Assembly (NCBI GenBank): GCA_020891255.1
Contig: BQFW01000008.1
Location: 3,162,001-3,226,000, forward strand
Source: Entomortierella parvispora E1425
Taxonomy: Eukaryota > Fungi > Mortierellomycota
Length of the DNA: 64,000 nucleotides
Direction: 5' to 3'
The translations under genes and the position numbers were made by a program. Below the pieces are notes generated by a model. That model made no database searches. It had not been told where the DNA came from and was given only the letters and a program-made list of their open reading frames with translations. Positions 62,933 through 64,000 of this stretch are shown here, one piece after another. Position 1 is the stretch's first letter. Each line of letters begins with the position of its first letter.

Positions 62933-64000
62933 ATGGAACAGACTCGGATGCTGCACGCCACAGATACCCCTGCTAGAACAAAGAGGATCGACTTTGACGG
63001 TATCAGCAGGCAAAGCCCTTCACCAAAGACAGGCTACGACTTCAGTGCTTTGGTACAAGGATTGACCGGACTAAAGTAAACATGCCCCTCATTCATAAAC
63101 ACGACCTCTGATACCCTAGATCATCCTTTTAACAACCTACTGCCTCCTGCCTTGAACAGACCGCCGACTTGTGACGGTGGACATGATGGAAACCCGATCT
63201 ATCAGTTCACTGTCGGTCGCCTGTATGAGTACGGTGATGGTATCCCTCAGAGCTACTCCAGAGCGATGAGCTGGTACCTGAAAGCAGCCCGCCAAGGCCT
63301 CGCCATTGCCCAAAACAGTGTCGGCGTCTTTTATCGTGACGGCAAGGATGGCAACCAGAATCCCTCTCTCGCCAAAGAGTGGTTCTCCAGGGCCGCTCAT
63401 CAGAACTTTGCTGACGCCCAGTACCACTTGGGCATGGCCTACTGCCTGGATGGCGATCGTTCAAGCGCCATGGAGTGGTTTATGAAAGCCGCCAATCAAG
63501 GACACTTGATGGCTCAGTGCGGTGTTGGTGCGATGTACTACAATGACGGTCATACTCCTGAGGATCTACCTAAAGCTATGGAATGGTATCTGAAGGCAGC
63601 CAACCAAGGACTCGCAACTGCTCAGTACAGCGTCGGCTCAATGTACGATACTGGTGACGGTGCCTCTCAGGACTATCATAAGGCAGCGGAGTGGTATTTG
63701 AAGGCGGCCACTCAAGGGAATGCCTTAGCACAGTACAACCTTGGCTTCCTGTACCAACATGGCCATGGCGTTCTGTTGGACATCTCTACAGCTGTGGAGT
63801 GGTATACAAAGGCAGCAGATCAAGGATTTGTCCAAGCTGAGTACTACGTAGGGCTCCTGCTTCATGTTGGCGATATTGTTCCGCAGGACAAACTCAGAGC
63901 CAAGGAATGGTATCTGAGGGCCGCTGAGCAAGGGGACGTCGACGCTCAGCTCGATCTGGCCACGATGTATGATTTTGGCGATGGGATCGCTCAGGATTAC
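62933..64000 (+). CDS. Sel1-like repeat protein C (3' end beyond window)
   Basis: Exon 1 62933-63075, phase-2 intron to 63159, then an open frame to the window end: YQFTVGRLYEYGDGIPQSYSRAMSWYLKAARQG...AQYSVGSMYDTGDG...VGDIVPQDKLRAKEWYLRAAEQG. Absent from the ORF track because there is no stop. Confidence 0.88.

Overview
Intron-rich, ~50% GC eukaryotic genomic DNA from a fungus. The gene families point to an early-diverging Mortierellaceae-like species (inference). About 22 spliced or single-exon genes can be modelled. Housekeeping genes are often in head-to-head pairs: SMC6 (partial), ZNF830-like, ATP1, RNF220-like, GET3, U1A/U2B''-like, cyclophilin, CDK9/Bur1, a DHA2 MFS transporter, ACADSB, an OAC1-like carrier, an LYR protein, SWC5, ADE8, TRS65 and DUF4112. 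Lineage-specific accessory genes are interleaved. (1) Three paralogous Sel1-repeat genes share a short header exon, a phase-2 intron and one giant exon; one is frameshifted and one is cut by the window end. (2) A 1.2-kaa header/coiled-coil/LRR protein has a middle domain resembling the C-terminal tail of bacterial Roco proteins. (3) An intact six-exon PD-(D/E)XK nuclease-like gene is fragmented in the ORF track and is preceded by a duplicated 151-bp hairpin-forming element. (4) A FUT8/GT23-like fucosyltransferase. (5) An intronless secreted Val/Ala/Lys/Asp-rich protein. I found no rRNA, tRNA, CRISPR array or element with clear TIR/LTR ends. Protein identities are from motif recognition only; no database searches were run.
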